Shown here: positions 38,905 to 49,912 of the stretch, in pieces
Layout of the letters: every line of letters begins with the position of its first letter
Numbering within the stretch: the first letter of the stretch is position 1
Assembly: GCA_030390025.1 (NCBI GenBank)
Contig: CM059432.1
Location: 33,792,001-33,856,000, forward strand
Direction: 5' to 3'
DNA: 64,000 bases
Origin: Squalus acanthias
Taxonomy: Eukaryota
Program-made: the position numbers and the translations under genes
Notes under the pieces: generated by a model
The model's database searches: none
Told to the model about the DNA's origin: nothing
Seen by the model: only the letters and a program-made list of their open reading frames with translations

Positions 38905-40065
38905 ATGGGGGCTGCAATGATTGGGGGCGTCGTCCTGCTCCAGCTCAATCGGAGCAGAGTGAGACGCAGACAGAGAGTGGCAATGATGGCCAGACGGAGG
39001 AGGCCCATCAGGCGCATGTACAGGAGAGCTTACCCTCCCAGGGTATATCGTGAACAGCTCTCCTACATCCACATGTCCGAGGAGCTGTGTTTGCGAAGGC
39101 TGCGATTCAGCAAGGAGGTGGTCACTGAGCTCTGCCACCTGCTGCAGCCAGATCTGCAGCCTCAGCTGAGGTCCAGGACGTCTCTGTCGGTGGCAGTGAA
39201 GGTCACAGTGGCCTTGAACTTCTACGCCACTGGCTCATTCCAAGCTGCTGTTGGGGACCTCGCCAATATCTCCCAGTTTGCGGTGCATCGCTGCATCCGG
39301 CAGGTCACCAATGCCCTCTTCACAAGGAGACGAGACTTCATCTCCTTCCCTATGACCCCAGACAAGCAGCATGACCGTGCTATGGGCTTTGCGAGGGTAG
39401 CGGGCTTCCCCATGGTGCAGGGCGCCATTGACTGCACGCATGTGGCTTTGCGTGCTCCGCGAGAGAATGCAGAGGAGTTCCGGAACAGAAAGGGGTTCCA
39501 TTCCTTGAATGTGCAGTTGGTCTGTGACCACAGACAGGTGATTCTCGCTGTCAATGCCCACTATCCGGGCAGCTGCCACGATGCTTTCATCCTGCGCCAG
39601 AGTACTGTGGCAGAAATTTTCGAGGCACCGCATCAGCCAGTTGGTTGGCTTCTGGGGGACAAGGGGTACGCATTGAGCACCTGGCTGATGACACCGCTCC
39701 GTACGCCAAACACCCCTGCTGAGCTGCGGTACCAGGAAAGCCAACAAGCAACGAGGAACATTATTGAGCGCACAATCGGCGTGCTCAAACAACGATTCCG
39801 CTGTCTGGACCATTCCGGAGGAGCCCTGCAGTACTCGCCTGAGCAAGTTTCCAAATTCGTAGTGGTGTGCTGCATGTTGCACAACATGGCAATCCTCAGG
39901 ACGCAGCCAATGCCACCAGGCCTTGCAGCACCACAAGAGGAGGAGGAGGAAGAGGAGGAACAGGCCGAGGACGATGATCAGCAGCAGCACCAAGGCAGGA
40001 GGGCGGCCCACAATGGTCAAACTGCAAGGGCCGTCCGTCAACGACTAATAGCAAGCCGCTTCTAG
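38905..40065 (+). CDS. Harbinger DDE transposase (HARBI1-like), intact 386 aa
   Basis: [55 protein letters not shown] motifs; no stops. Confidence 0.96.
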   Translation: MGAAMIGGVVLLQLNRSRVRRRQRVAMMARRRRPIRRMYRRAYPPRVYREQLSYIHMSEELCLRRLRFSKEVVTELCHLLQPDLQPQLRSRTSLSVAVKVTVALNFYATGSFQAAVGDLANISQFAVHRCIRQVTNALFTRRRDFISFPMTPDKQHDRAMGFARVAGFPMVQGAIDCTHVALRAPRENAEEFRNRKGFHSLNVQLVCDHRQVILAVNAHYPGSCHDAFILRQSTVAEIFEAPHQPVGWLLGDKGYALSTWLMTPLRTPNTPAELRYQESQQATRNIIERTIGVLKQRFRCLDHSGGALQYSPEQVSKFVVVCCMLHNMAILRTQPMPPGLAAPQEEEEEEEEQAEDDDQQQHQGRRAAHNGQTARAVRQRLIASRF

Positions 40066-40359
40066 GGCCCCTGCCAGTGCTACAAACACGAATCAACCCA
40101 GCACGCAACCCCTAAGCCGGCCAAGGCACCAATAATTCCAACCACCAGCCATGTATATTTTGAATACAGAAACTTATTTATTGTACAAACTCTGTGTGTG
40201 TCAATTCCTCATGACAAACTCATAGAAATAAACACAAAAAAACAGTCAATAACATAACTGGTTCTCACAACCTGGAGATAATGTCCAAAACACTAAACAA
40301 AAGTTGGGCCATGAACCTCGGCCTTTAATAAAAAAATGACCAGCATTTTGGCACACCTC

Positions 40360-42323
40360 CTACTTTTTGCCCTTCGAGGGTGATCTCCTTCCCTTGCGCA
40401 CTTCCCCCCTTCTAACCCTACTGCTCCTCCGTAATGGGACCTCAGTGGCTGCAGCAAGGCTGGTGGAAGGCTGCTGCTTGTCACACCCTGACACTGCAGA
40501 TGCCCCTGAAGGACGGCCTCGACCACTTCTGGGCCTGGAGGGCCCGGCTGCAGACTGCACCAACTCTGCATGGGCGGCAGCAGTCTGTCCTACAGGCGGT
40601 GGCAAGTGCAGTGGAGAAGTGACAGTGTTGGCAGCAGGAATGCTGTCATCGTGAGAGAGGACAGCAACTCCCTGCTCGCCCGACACACTGGCACTCCCAC
40701 GGGGCAGCACTTCAGCATCCGGAGCAATTTGCCTGAGAACAGATTGCTGGCCTGCTGCGGCGCGGTGACAGCCCCGGGGACATGTGCACGAACCATCGAG
40801 GATGGCAGCAGTCAGTGCTCGCGTGGCCTCAATCTGAGTCTGCATGAGAGCAGGCTCAGATGGGTTCCTGGCAGCCAGTGACTGAATTGCAGCAGTAAGC
40901 TTTAGTGTGGCATCCGCCTGTGCTACAGCGAAGTGCTCCACACTCCTTGCCAGTGCCTCAATGCATTCGGGCACCCTTCCCACTGCACCCATGAGCTCAG
41001 TGTGCATGACCACCGCCTGGCTGTTCATTTCTGCAATCAGCCGCTCCTCCTCTGCGTCCATTGCATTAGGAGTGTCTGGCATACTCTCCCTCTGGGGAGA
41101 AGGCTCCCGTTCTTCCCTCCCCCCCCCATGGCGTTGCTGCAGCCCGCTGGGTCCTGGAACTTCACCATCATCAGCCCCTTCCCCCCTGCTCCCCCGTTCT
41201 TCCCTCCCCCCCCCATGGCGTTGCTGCAGCCCGCTGGGTCCTGGAACTTCACCATCATCAGCCCCTTCCCCCCTGCTCCCCTCCGGGGAAGGCGTGTTCC
41301 CAGTGTGGCCATGGGCTTCCTCGGGAGAGGGTGGCACTGATGCTCCGGCTTCCTCTTCCTCCTCAGCTGCAGCATCACTCCCAGTGGCAGCTTCAGGGAC
41401 CATCTCCTCAGCTGGTGAATCACCATCTGAAAGCAGGGAGGTACAAGAGTGGCTTTAGCGTGAGGACAGGGTGGCAGTAAGGGAGGAATAAGTGCAGCGA
41501 GTTAGCAAGTTGGATTGAAAGTGTCAAAGGCTGGTATTGTGAGGGACAAGTGGAAGGACAGAGGACAAAAAGGTGATGACCTTACCATTGCTGTCCACAA
41601 CGGGGTCGGCGTCTCCAGTGGCGACGGGACCGATCACCCGGCTTGCCACAATCCTGTGGACGCGCTCCTCCAGATCGCTGAGGGGTTGCAGCTGAAGCCG
41701 CCCTCCACCCGTCCGTTGCTGCTGTCTCCGATTATGAGCCAGCTTAGCCTGCAAGAAAAAGGACAGCATCTGAGTCAATATACAGCCATGGTCTTGCCTG
41801 ATGTGCCTCCCATAGGTGAATAGCCCTTACAATATGCAGCCATGGTCTTGCCTGATGTGCCTCCCATAGGTGAATAGCCCTTACTGTATGCAGCCATGGT
41901 CTTGCCTGATGTGCCTCCTATAGGTGAATAGCCCTTACTGTATGCAAAGTGTGGAATGTGTGTGTGTGTTTGATGAAAGGGCCATAGGTGTTGGATGAGT
42001 GTTGTGCATTGGGGTTTTAAGACCCTCTGGCCATAGAGTGAGGTTGAGATGGAGGGATGGAGAGGTATTGAGAAAAAGCCACTCACCCTGACGACCCGAG
42101 TGAGGTCGTTGAACTTTTTGCGGCACTGGACATGGGTCCTGGGCACCATGCTCCTGGAGGAGACGCTCTGAGCCACCTCCCTCCACACTCTTCTGAACTC
42201 GCGTGGCAAAGGCCTCCTGCCACTCTCTGGGAACAGCATGCATCGTCTGCGCTCCACTGCGTCAACCAGAGCATCCAAGGCCCGCTCGGTGAAGCGATGA
42301 GCGCGTTCTCTCACCCTCTCCAT
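40360..42323 (-). CDS. Harbinger Myb/SANT-like DNA-binding protein, 3 exons (42323-42087, 41748-41586, 41426-40360), ~488 aa
   Basis: RFTERALDALV..WREVA..RTHVQCRKKFNDL trihelix motif; GT-AG introns with matching phases (0 and 1) give an uninterrupted frame. Confidence 0.88.
41104..41281. repeat. Tandem 87-bp in-frame duplication in Myb-like exon 3
   Basis: GSRGEGADDGEVPGPSGLQQRHGGGREER occurs twice. Confidence 0.9.
41778..41946. repeat. ~54-bp x3 tandem repeat in Myb-like intron 1
   Basis: cagccatggtcttgcctgatgtgcctcccataggtgaatagcccttac repeated three times. Confidence 0.92.
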
Positions 42324-42781
42324 GCTTGGCAGCAAAATGGATTACAGGTCTCTCCAGGCTGAGATTCAAGGCTGCAATGAGCAGGGTGTGGCTGGGGAGC
42401 AAGTGGCCCCCCCCGCTTTAAGAAGTGTCCGGCGCCAGTGTGTCTGTGTTCCCTCGCTAACTGGCAGCAGCTGCGCTGCGCTCGTGCGCTGAGTTAGCGC
42501 CTCACTCCTAGGCCTTTGCGCCTTAAGAGAGGTGTGCAGCGCCTAATTTAGCGCTCCACTCACCTCCCGGGGCGGTAAAAGTGAAGTTTCCTGTCAGTGC
42601 CGATAATTAGCGCCAGGCGCTAATATTTGCGCGCGGACGATATTTGCGCCCCAAATGGGGCGCGACCTAATTTCTACCCCGTAGAGTTCCAAACTTAATT
42701 ACAGTTTCTGAGAAAAATCACGATCGATTACAACACTTCCGAGACGCACGTGGAAAACTGGAGTGACGCCATTTTGTCTGT

Positions 42782-45292
42782 TTACGCGGTGCTTTCATTG
42801 TGCACGCGCACGTAACGTTCTCGCCACTCTCCCGTGTTTTCGTTCTTGGTGAGGCGTTTGCCTCTCTTACAATGCACGACCAATAAGTATATCACAATAA
42901 ACACTTGGCATACAACTAAAATGTGGGAGGCTATTCTAATCCAGGAAGGCACTTCAATGTTGGTGAACAGATTCCACCACGGTGGAATTACTATGTCCAG
43001 AATTTCTGTCCCTATCTCGACAGTCTTTTGTTCTAGGGTGTAAAAATGTTTTTGCGATACCGCGACGGCTTTCAAAAGCTTGGTGAGGTGTTCAGGGAGA
43101 GGGGGAATGAGGTATCCGAAATGCGCGACGAATCGCTGCAGGTCGGTGAAGTTCTCTTTTACTGTGAGATGAACCGTGGATGGTTCAGGGATCGGGACAA
43201 TTCGCTGTTGTGCTACTTGAACTTCCGCCCTGGGTTTGAAACAGAAACTGCTGTCACTCACCGGACACCGGCTACGGTTTCCATGTTGGTAGTGTTGCGC
43301 TGCAGTGGTAACACAATATGTTCCACCCCCGATGTATGCTACCTGCGGAGGCACATGATCTTGTGCCATTGCCTCCATGGTGCAATTCATGGGCTTGGCG
43401 CCAGCCGTTCTGAACCCGCACTGTGGTGTTAAAAAGGCATTCAAGTGCTGGGGACACAGTATTATGTGTGCTCCCCGGCCACGACAACCAGAGAGATCTG
43501 TACCTGTCATCGTTTGCTCCCAGCGGATGACGTAAGGTGGAACCGCTGCATAGCGAATGTGGGCTCCCCCATGAATGACACCAATGTTCTCTACCCGGTA
43601 CACCGGGGCGGGCTTTGCTGTGTCGCCCAAAACCGGCATACGTAATACTATACCCATGATGGTATGGTTTGATCGTCCGCAGTCCACGGGGACTGGGTAT
43701 GCTTCTGAAGCTAGTCTGAGCTGGCACGGGTTTAATGCGTTCTGAAAAGGGTGGAGCGCCTGCAGGTGTTTGTTACTTATCCAGGACGGGACCAAACCTT
43801 GTTTTAAATCCTCCAAATTACTGCGGCCCTCGCCCAGTAACCACGCCCCGTAAAGCACGCACACCTCATTCTGCGCAGCCTGATCGGACGCATTCCGATC
43901 TTCCCTAATCAGGGCATTTACCGTACGCGCATGTTTCTCTAGTTCAGCTATTATTTCTTTTAAATGGAGAGTCATGGCCTGGTCCTCGTGTAACCCAGAC
44001 CCAACCACCTTATTTTCATCTGTGAGGATGTTCTTCAATTGTGTTTTTAAGCCATTAATCTGGGTCTGCAGCTCCACGCTGTCTAGAGCGTTGACCACAG
44101 ATGTACCTGTATTGAAAGCAGTGAACATGTCGTTCACAACACCCCTTCTTTGCCTCCCCACCTGATCCAAAACTTCATGTGGTGCGGTGTACAAACTTGT
44201 TTTATCAATTTCCGCGAAATCGAACTCATAAAATTGTCTAAACATCTTGGTCAACAGGACCTGATATAACTGTTCCGTCTTTTTGGGGCACCACTCTGGT
44301 AACCGCACCTCGGTGAGATTTAAAATCACCGAGGCCACCGCGTAATGTACCCCCTGAAATAGTATCTGGTCTGTGGGGACCAGTACCAAACCATTCCCGG
44401 GTCCCTTACTGGTTTTAGGGCACCCTTCTTCCTTGGCTAGAACCACCGGAATCGTGGGCGGGGCTTTGCGTGGGCGCGTAATGAGTTCAGTGGCATTTAC
44501 CGGGATCAGAGAGTATGGGGCTCCGCACCCACTGGTGCTCGCATCCCACCTCATCCCCTGTCCGTTATCCTGCCATTGATTGATGAAAAATATGGAGATG
44601 CCTTTGGGGCAAACGTGCTTTGACCCCCACATACATACATAAATTCCCTCATCCGGTTCCCACCATTTGTCCCAACAGACTTTCAATTGTCCGTTAGTCC
44701 CCATAATTGTCCGATGGGTATTGTTACCCAACCGCTCCCACTCGACCGAGGAGTTTCTCATATTCTTGCTTAACTTTCGTAGCCACCACCATCGGCTCAA
44801 TAGGACATTCCCATTACAAGTCAAACAAATCCGTTTGCCGACGGTGACGCTGACTCTGGGTGCGATGATCCTCACTTTGGGGCACATTAAAGAAGTCTCT
44901 TTGTAGGCAAAACCCGATGTACTGGAATACTCAGTTGAATTCGTTCCCAGCCATCCTGGCCACTTTCCCTTGTGGAAATAGGTGGTGGTCTCCTCAGCCT
45001 CTCGCCTTCCGGTCCCATCCACCGCGATGGGGGCCGTGTCCCCGGAGCATCCAAACACCACGACATCCTTGGTGCGGCCTCGATAGGCCAATCCACATCC
45101 GATTGCCGCGAGCAATACTAGAATTCGTTCCATCCTTCCTTGGTTCCTGTGATCAGATAGAATGAGGTAGCCAGCCTCCCAAGAGTCTCTGGCTTTTGTG
45201 AAGGGTGAGCGGGTCCCCTGACCTCGCCTCTCGTAAGAAGACATGTGCGCTGGATAGACTTTAACTATTCCTATCTCTAAAACTCCCATCAT
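42782..45292 (-). CDS. env: Envelope glycoprotein (class I fusogen, F-like); probable true start Met at 45133
   Basis: Signal peptide MERILVLLAAIGCGLA, furin site RQRR then GVVNDMFTAFNTG fusion-peptide-like stretch, heptad repeat, Cys-rich region, TM ILVVCQVFIVIYLLVV, short tail; ORF fully open. Confidence 0.92.
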   Translation of the reverse strand: MMGVLEIGIVKVYPAHMSSYERRGQGTRSPFTKARDSWEAGYLILSDHRNQGRMERILVLLAAIGCGLAYRGRTKDVVVFGCSGDTAPIAVDGTGRREAEETTTYFHKGKWPGWLGTNSTEYSSTSGFAYKETSLMCPKVRIIAPRVSVTVGKRICLTCNGNVLLSRWWWLRKLSKNMRNSSVEWERLGNNTHRTIMGTNGQLKVCWDKWWEPDEGIYVCMWGSKHVCPKGISIFFINQWQDNGQGMRWDASTSGCGAPYSLIPVNATELITRPRKAPPTIPVVLAKEEGCPKTSKGPGNGLVLVPTDQILFQGVHYAVASVILNLTEVRLPEWCPKKTEQLYQVLLTKMFRQFYEFDFAEIDKTSLYTAPHEVLDQVGRQRRGVVNDMFTAFNTGTSVVNALDSVELQTQINGLKTQLKNILTDENKVVGSGLHEDQAMTLHLKEIIAELEKHARTVNALIREDRNASDQAAQNEVCVLYGAWLLGEGRSNLEDLKQGLVPSWISNKHLQALHPFQNALNPCQLRLASEAYPVPVDCGRSNHTIMGIVLRMPVLGDTAKPAPVYRVENIGVIHGGAHIRYAAVPPYVIRWEQTMTGTDLSGCRGRGAHIILCPQHLNAFLTPQCGFRTAGAKPMNCTMEAMAQDHVPPQVAYIGGGTYCVTTAAQHYQHGNRSRCPVSDSSFCFKPRAEVQVAQQRIVPIPEPSTVHLTVKENFTDLQRFVAHFGYLIPPLPEHLTKLLKAVAVSQKHFYTLEQKTVEIGTEILDIVIPPWWNLFTNIEVPSWIRIASHILVVCQVFIVIYLLVVHCKRGKRLTKNENTGEWRERYVRVHNESTA

Positions 45293-45424
45293 TTTACCTC
45301 TTTCTGTTAAAAACCTTAAACTACAAACTTAACCTGATTTAAGAACTATAAACTTGAACTTACAAAACTTATCAACTTATCACTTATCTTATAACTGTAC
45401 AGTGCCGCCCGTTCCCAGGGCGGC

Positions 45425-48400
45425 CTACTCAAATTCTGCGGTTGCCGCCGCAGGCTTCTCCCAATGGGGGGGGGGGGCACTGACCCCTCCCTTTGATCTG
45501 CCGCAGCCTGTCGCTGCTGCGCTGGGGCTGGGATCTCCCTGAGCTGCCTTGACCTTGAACTTACGTCTGGGGACATATGGGGGACTTACCCAAATCTTTC
45601 TGGGCTGGGGTTTCCGACTTGACCTACGGAGAACTACCGGGGGCAGGAACTCCAGGACTGACGGACCGGGTTTTGAGACTTCCAGCGTGGTGACCCGTGG
45701 TCCCACCACAGTCGCTGGCTCCGCCTCCCCTGACTCCGCCTCCCTGAACTCGGGATCTGCAGCTTGTGGCACCGCCCTACTTGGCCCAGTAGGCGGCCCT
45801 TCACTCGCAGTCCCTACCTCCCTCGAGGGCAAGACGTTCAAGGCGGGCGGCTCGGGCTCTGAGGCTTCCATCGCCACGCCCTGTGGTCCCACCACAGCGG
45901 CTGGCTCCGCCTCCCCTAGCTCCGCCCCCCTGCGTTCGGGACCTGCAGCTTCGGCCTCCACCCTTTGTGGATCTCTATCTGTCTCCCCTATACCTGAATC
46001 GGGGGCGACCCTTTCGTCCTCCGATTCCAGCTCCTCCTCGCTTGTGTGACTATCTTCGTTGAGCTCCTCGAGCTCTTCCTCATCTGACTCCCAACCCAAA
46101 TAAAGGATCCTACATTTTTCTAGGATGTCCTCTCCCCTAACGCAAGCTGCTTTGCCTGCCTGTGTGCCCTGTGGCCCTACCTGGGGCTGCGAATCCCCAC
46201 TCGCAGGTTTGGCCCCTGTGGTAGGCCCTTGTGCACCCGGCTTATACAGTTTGCACTGATTTACGTGGAACCACTTAGTGCGCCGAGGTACCTTTACGGC
46301 GTATACCATGGGACTCGCCTTATCTACAATGCTGTAGGGTCCCATATACAGTGGTTCCAGACTCCCTACTCTGGCGTAGTTTCTGACCATGACCTGGTCT
46401 CCTACTTCCCACTCCCGCTTTTTGCGGGGTTCCAGCAACAGGCGATTGCCCTGATGCTGCCTTCCCATGTTCCCAGCCGCCTGCTCATAAACCTGCTTCA
46501 GGTGCTCCAAGAGGGTCTGGACGAACTTGTCCCTGCTTACCTCTTGGAGCTGACCCTCAGTGAGCACCGGCGCTAGCACATGGGTGGGGGTTCGCATGAT
46601 CCTCCCAGTCATCACCTCGTGCGGGGAATACCCCGTACTTTTCGACTGACTGGCCCGGACCCCCATGAGGACTAAAGGCAGAACCTCCGCCCATTTTTGG
46701 GGCGAGTTCATAGTCTCTTTCCTCAATTTCTCCTTCAGGGTCCGGTTCATGCGTTCAACAATCCCGGATGACTGGGGATTGTGCGCTACGTGCCATTTCC
46801 CTTCAATGCCCAAAAGCATGAGGGTGTTCTGCATCACCTGGCCGGTGAAATGACTCCCTTGGTCTGACTCCACAAAACGGGGAAGTCCCCACCGCGAGAA
46901 CACTTCCTGGACCAAGATTTTTGCAGTACCCAGTGCCGTAGCTGTTCTACAGGGGAAGGCTTCCACCCATTTGGAAAACACATCCACCAAGACGAGGCAG
47001 TATTTATAGCCTCCCTGGGTGGTGGGCAGGGGCCCTATATAGTCGATCTGTATTGACTGCCATGGTCCCTCTACCCTCCTGATGTGCCCCATGGGCACTT
47101 TCCTTTTCTGGGGGTCTGGGTTGTTTGCAGCGCACACGAGACAGCTTGCACAGAACTCGCGGACCTGCTCCCTGAACCCCGGCCACCATCCCGCTTGCTC
47201 TACCCGTTGCCAGGTAACCTCGGGCCCGGGGTGCCCTGCCCCAGGTCCCTCATGAGCCAACTGGAGGAATTCCCTCCTGTGCTGCTGCGGCACAACCCAC
47301 TGCTCCTCGCGGAACAGCATGCCTTCCTTAACGGAGAGGGTTGCCGTACTGTACGGACCCTCTACCTGCTTCCCCTCAGCAATGGTTCTGAGAACTGCTT
47401 TTAGGGCGGGATCCTGATTCTGGACGGTCTTAAGGTCTAGGGGCAATGCTACCCTGGTGTTCCCGGAATTCCCGTCCCTGCCTTGGATCGCTGCCACGGG
47501 TCTGGGCCCATAGGGGTCCCAGAAAGTGCCGTTACGGGCACCCTCCCTGGCTAGCGCATCCGCCTGCTGGTTGCCTTCCCCACGGGGCTCTGTGGTGGAG
47601 TGAGCCTTCACCTTATGGATGAAAATCTCCCCTTCCTCCCTTACTGCTGCTAGGATCTTTTCCAGCAAGGGCTTCACCGTTAAAGGTCGTCCGTCCGCGG
47701 AGGTGTATCCACGGCGGGACCAAATGGCCAGGTATTCCGTACACGAATTGCATGTGAACATACTGTCCGAGCAAATCGTGTATGGTGTTGGGAAAGTTTC
47801 TGGGTGGGTAACGACGTACACCACTGCAGACAGCTCCGCCTGCTGCGCGCTCATGGTGCTGGGGAGCTTAATCGCCAGGGCAAGGTTTGCCGCAGGGTCA
47901 TAAACTCCGCACCCTGTGAGTCGTTCGCCAGCGGACACTGTGCTGGAACCATCAACATAAATCTCGCGCCCAGTGGGATGTATCCCGGCCCGCAAACCTA
48001 TGTTGACTTCCCACACCCCTTCCACCGAACACTGGTGGGCTGTACCGGGGTATACCAAATTGGCCGCAAGCCTGGGCTCGCAAAGACCTTTAATTCTAAG
48101 ATCCATCTGGGAAAGGAGAAGGGTCCAGCGCGCAATTCACACGCTGCTTACGGTCCCATCCTTAATCCTCCCATCTAGAAGCATCTTAGTTGGTGTGTGA
48201 TGGGTGAGGAGAGTGATGGGAGAGAGCCCTGTGAAGATTGCTGATCTTTTCACAGACCAATGCGTGGCTAAAAGGTGCCTTTCGCAATTGGAGAAACTTC
48301 TCTCCACATCCGTTAACACCCTGGACGAATAGACAACCGGCCTCAGCTTGCCGTAACGCTCTTGGAGCAGCACAGCGCTCAAGCTGTCCCCGCTGGCAGC

Positions 48401-49912
48401 TACCTCCAGGAAAAACTCCTTCCCCCCATCTATGGCCCCTAAAGCTGGCGCGGTCTGCAAATCCCTTTTTAACTTCTCGAAGGCTGCCTGGCAGCCCTCG
48501 TCCCAAGACCACTCCACTCCCTTATGGAGGAGTCGGAGCAGCGGCGCCGCTGTGGCCGCATAGTCTTCGATAAAATCCCTGCAGTAACCGGTCAGTCCCA
48601 AAAAGGACCTCACACCCCTTATGGTGTTGGGAATCGGTAACTCTTGCACCGACTCCCTCCTAGCCTTATCTATGGCTCTTTCCCCAGCGCGAATGGTCAG
48701 CCCCAGGAATTTTACTTCCTGCTGACCGATACGTGCTTTCTTAGGGTTCACTTTAAAACCCTTTCTCGCTAGCAGCTCCAATAACTCGGCCAGCAGTGGT
48801 CCATGCTCCTCCCTTGAGTCCGTAAATAGGAGCAAATCATCCACGTACTGCACTATCTGATTGGGCTGACTAAACTCCTTTAAACTTCCTGCCATACACT
48901 GATGGAAAATACTGGGGCTGTTGTGGAAACCCTGTGGCAGACAGTTCCATGTGTACTGTTGTCCTTTGAAAGTAAAGGCAAACTTGTACTGGTCCTCTCG
49001 CCGCAGCGGGATGGACCAAAAACCGTTCGAGATATCCAGCACCGTGAACGTGGTCGCGGACGCTGGGATACTCCCTATTAGGTCAGCAACTGCTGCTACC
49101 GTGGGCGCGCAGGCGGGAATGTTACTGTTAAGGACTCTGTAGTCCACCGTGGCCCTCCACAAATTATCCGGCTTCCTAACCGGCCATAATGGGGAGTTCA
49201 CGTGTGTGGCTATCGGCCTCAACACGCCCTGCTGCACCAAGGAGGACATTGCTGTCTCCATATCGGGTTCTGCTTCTTTGGGGAAGTTATACTGCTTTTG
49301 GGGCCGGGTCATGGGGTCCCCATCTACGCTGACCTCAAACCCGGTAACCCTCCCACAATCGTGCTTGTGGGTTGCAAACGCGTGCATATTATCTGACACG
49401 TACGTTTGCATGTCCGTTGGGACATCCGCGACCATAAGCCCGAGGTCGTAGCCTCTGGATGGCTTCATGGTACACAGGGCCCCTTTACCTTCCTCCTCCG
49501 GGATTACCACTACCTCGCCTTTTCCACCCTTAGCTCCCCAGAGACAGTGATTCCTGAGGTCCACGAGGATCCCGTGCCCCGATAGGAGGTCTGATCCGAG
49601 GATGCCTCTCCCACCCCCCTCTTGCCATTTCATCAGTATGCACTTCCACGTGGTGTGGAGTGCTCCTAAATGAATGGATAGCGGAATGGAGAACGCGCCA
49701 GCCTGCTCTTTTCCCGTGAACCCCGCTAATGTGTATGGGACCTTGGTAGATAGCGGTGAGTCAAAAGGGCTATCCGTATGAATCACGGTGCATGAAGCTC
49801 CCGTGTCCAACAAATAACTACCCTTCTGTTTCGCTACCTCCATCTCCACCAGGGGTCGCTTCCACGCATCATAGCTGAGCGGACACAAGTAGACGGGCTG
49901 TGCGGGCTCTAG
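45425..49912 (-). pseudogene. pol: Pro-Pol: protease, RT, degenerate RNase H (tether), RNase H, integrase with long tail; one in-frame TGA at 48137-48139
   Basis: LLDTGAS, LPQGFHNSP, YVDDLL, FFLEVAAS (tether), YVDGSS/AQQAEL/SDS/GNQQAD, HHCC + IDYIGP/SDQG/IVERMN; ORFs 48137-49888 and 45425-48106 share a frame. Confidence 0.94.

Larger units (their letters stand above)
38393..42680. mobile_element. Full-length autonomous PIF/Harbinger DNA transposon inserted in the ERV 3' UTR
   Basis: TIR GGGGTAAAAATT / AATTTCTACCCC, 3-bp TSD GTA (38390-38392, 42681-42683), convergent transposase and Myb-like genes. Confidence 0.96.

Noticed and set aside
38905..40065. Domesticated host HARBI1 gene
   Set aside because: Intronless, bounded by TIRs and a TSD, paired with a Myb-like gene and located inside a provirus, so it is a transposon copy.
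41778..41946. Regular ~54-bp repeats as a possible CRISPR array
   Set aside because: Head-to-tail tandem copies with no unique spacers, inside a eukaryotic transposon intron.
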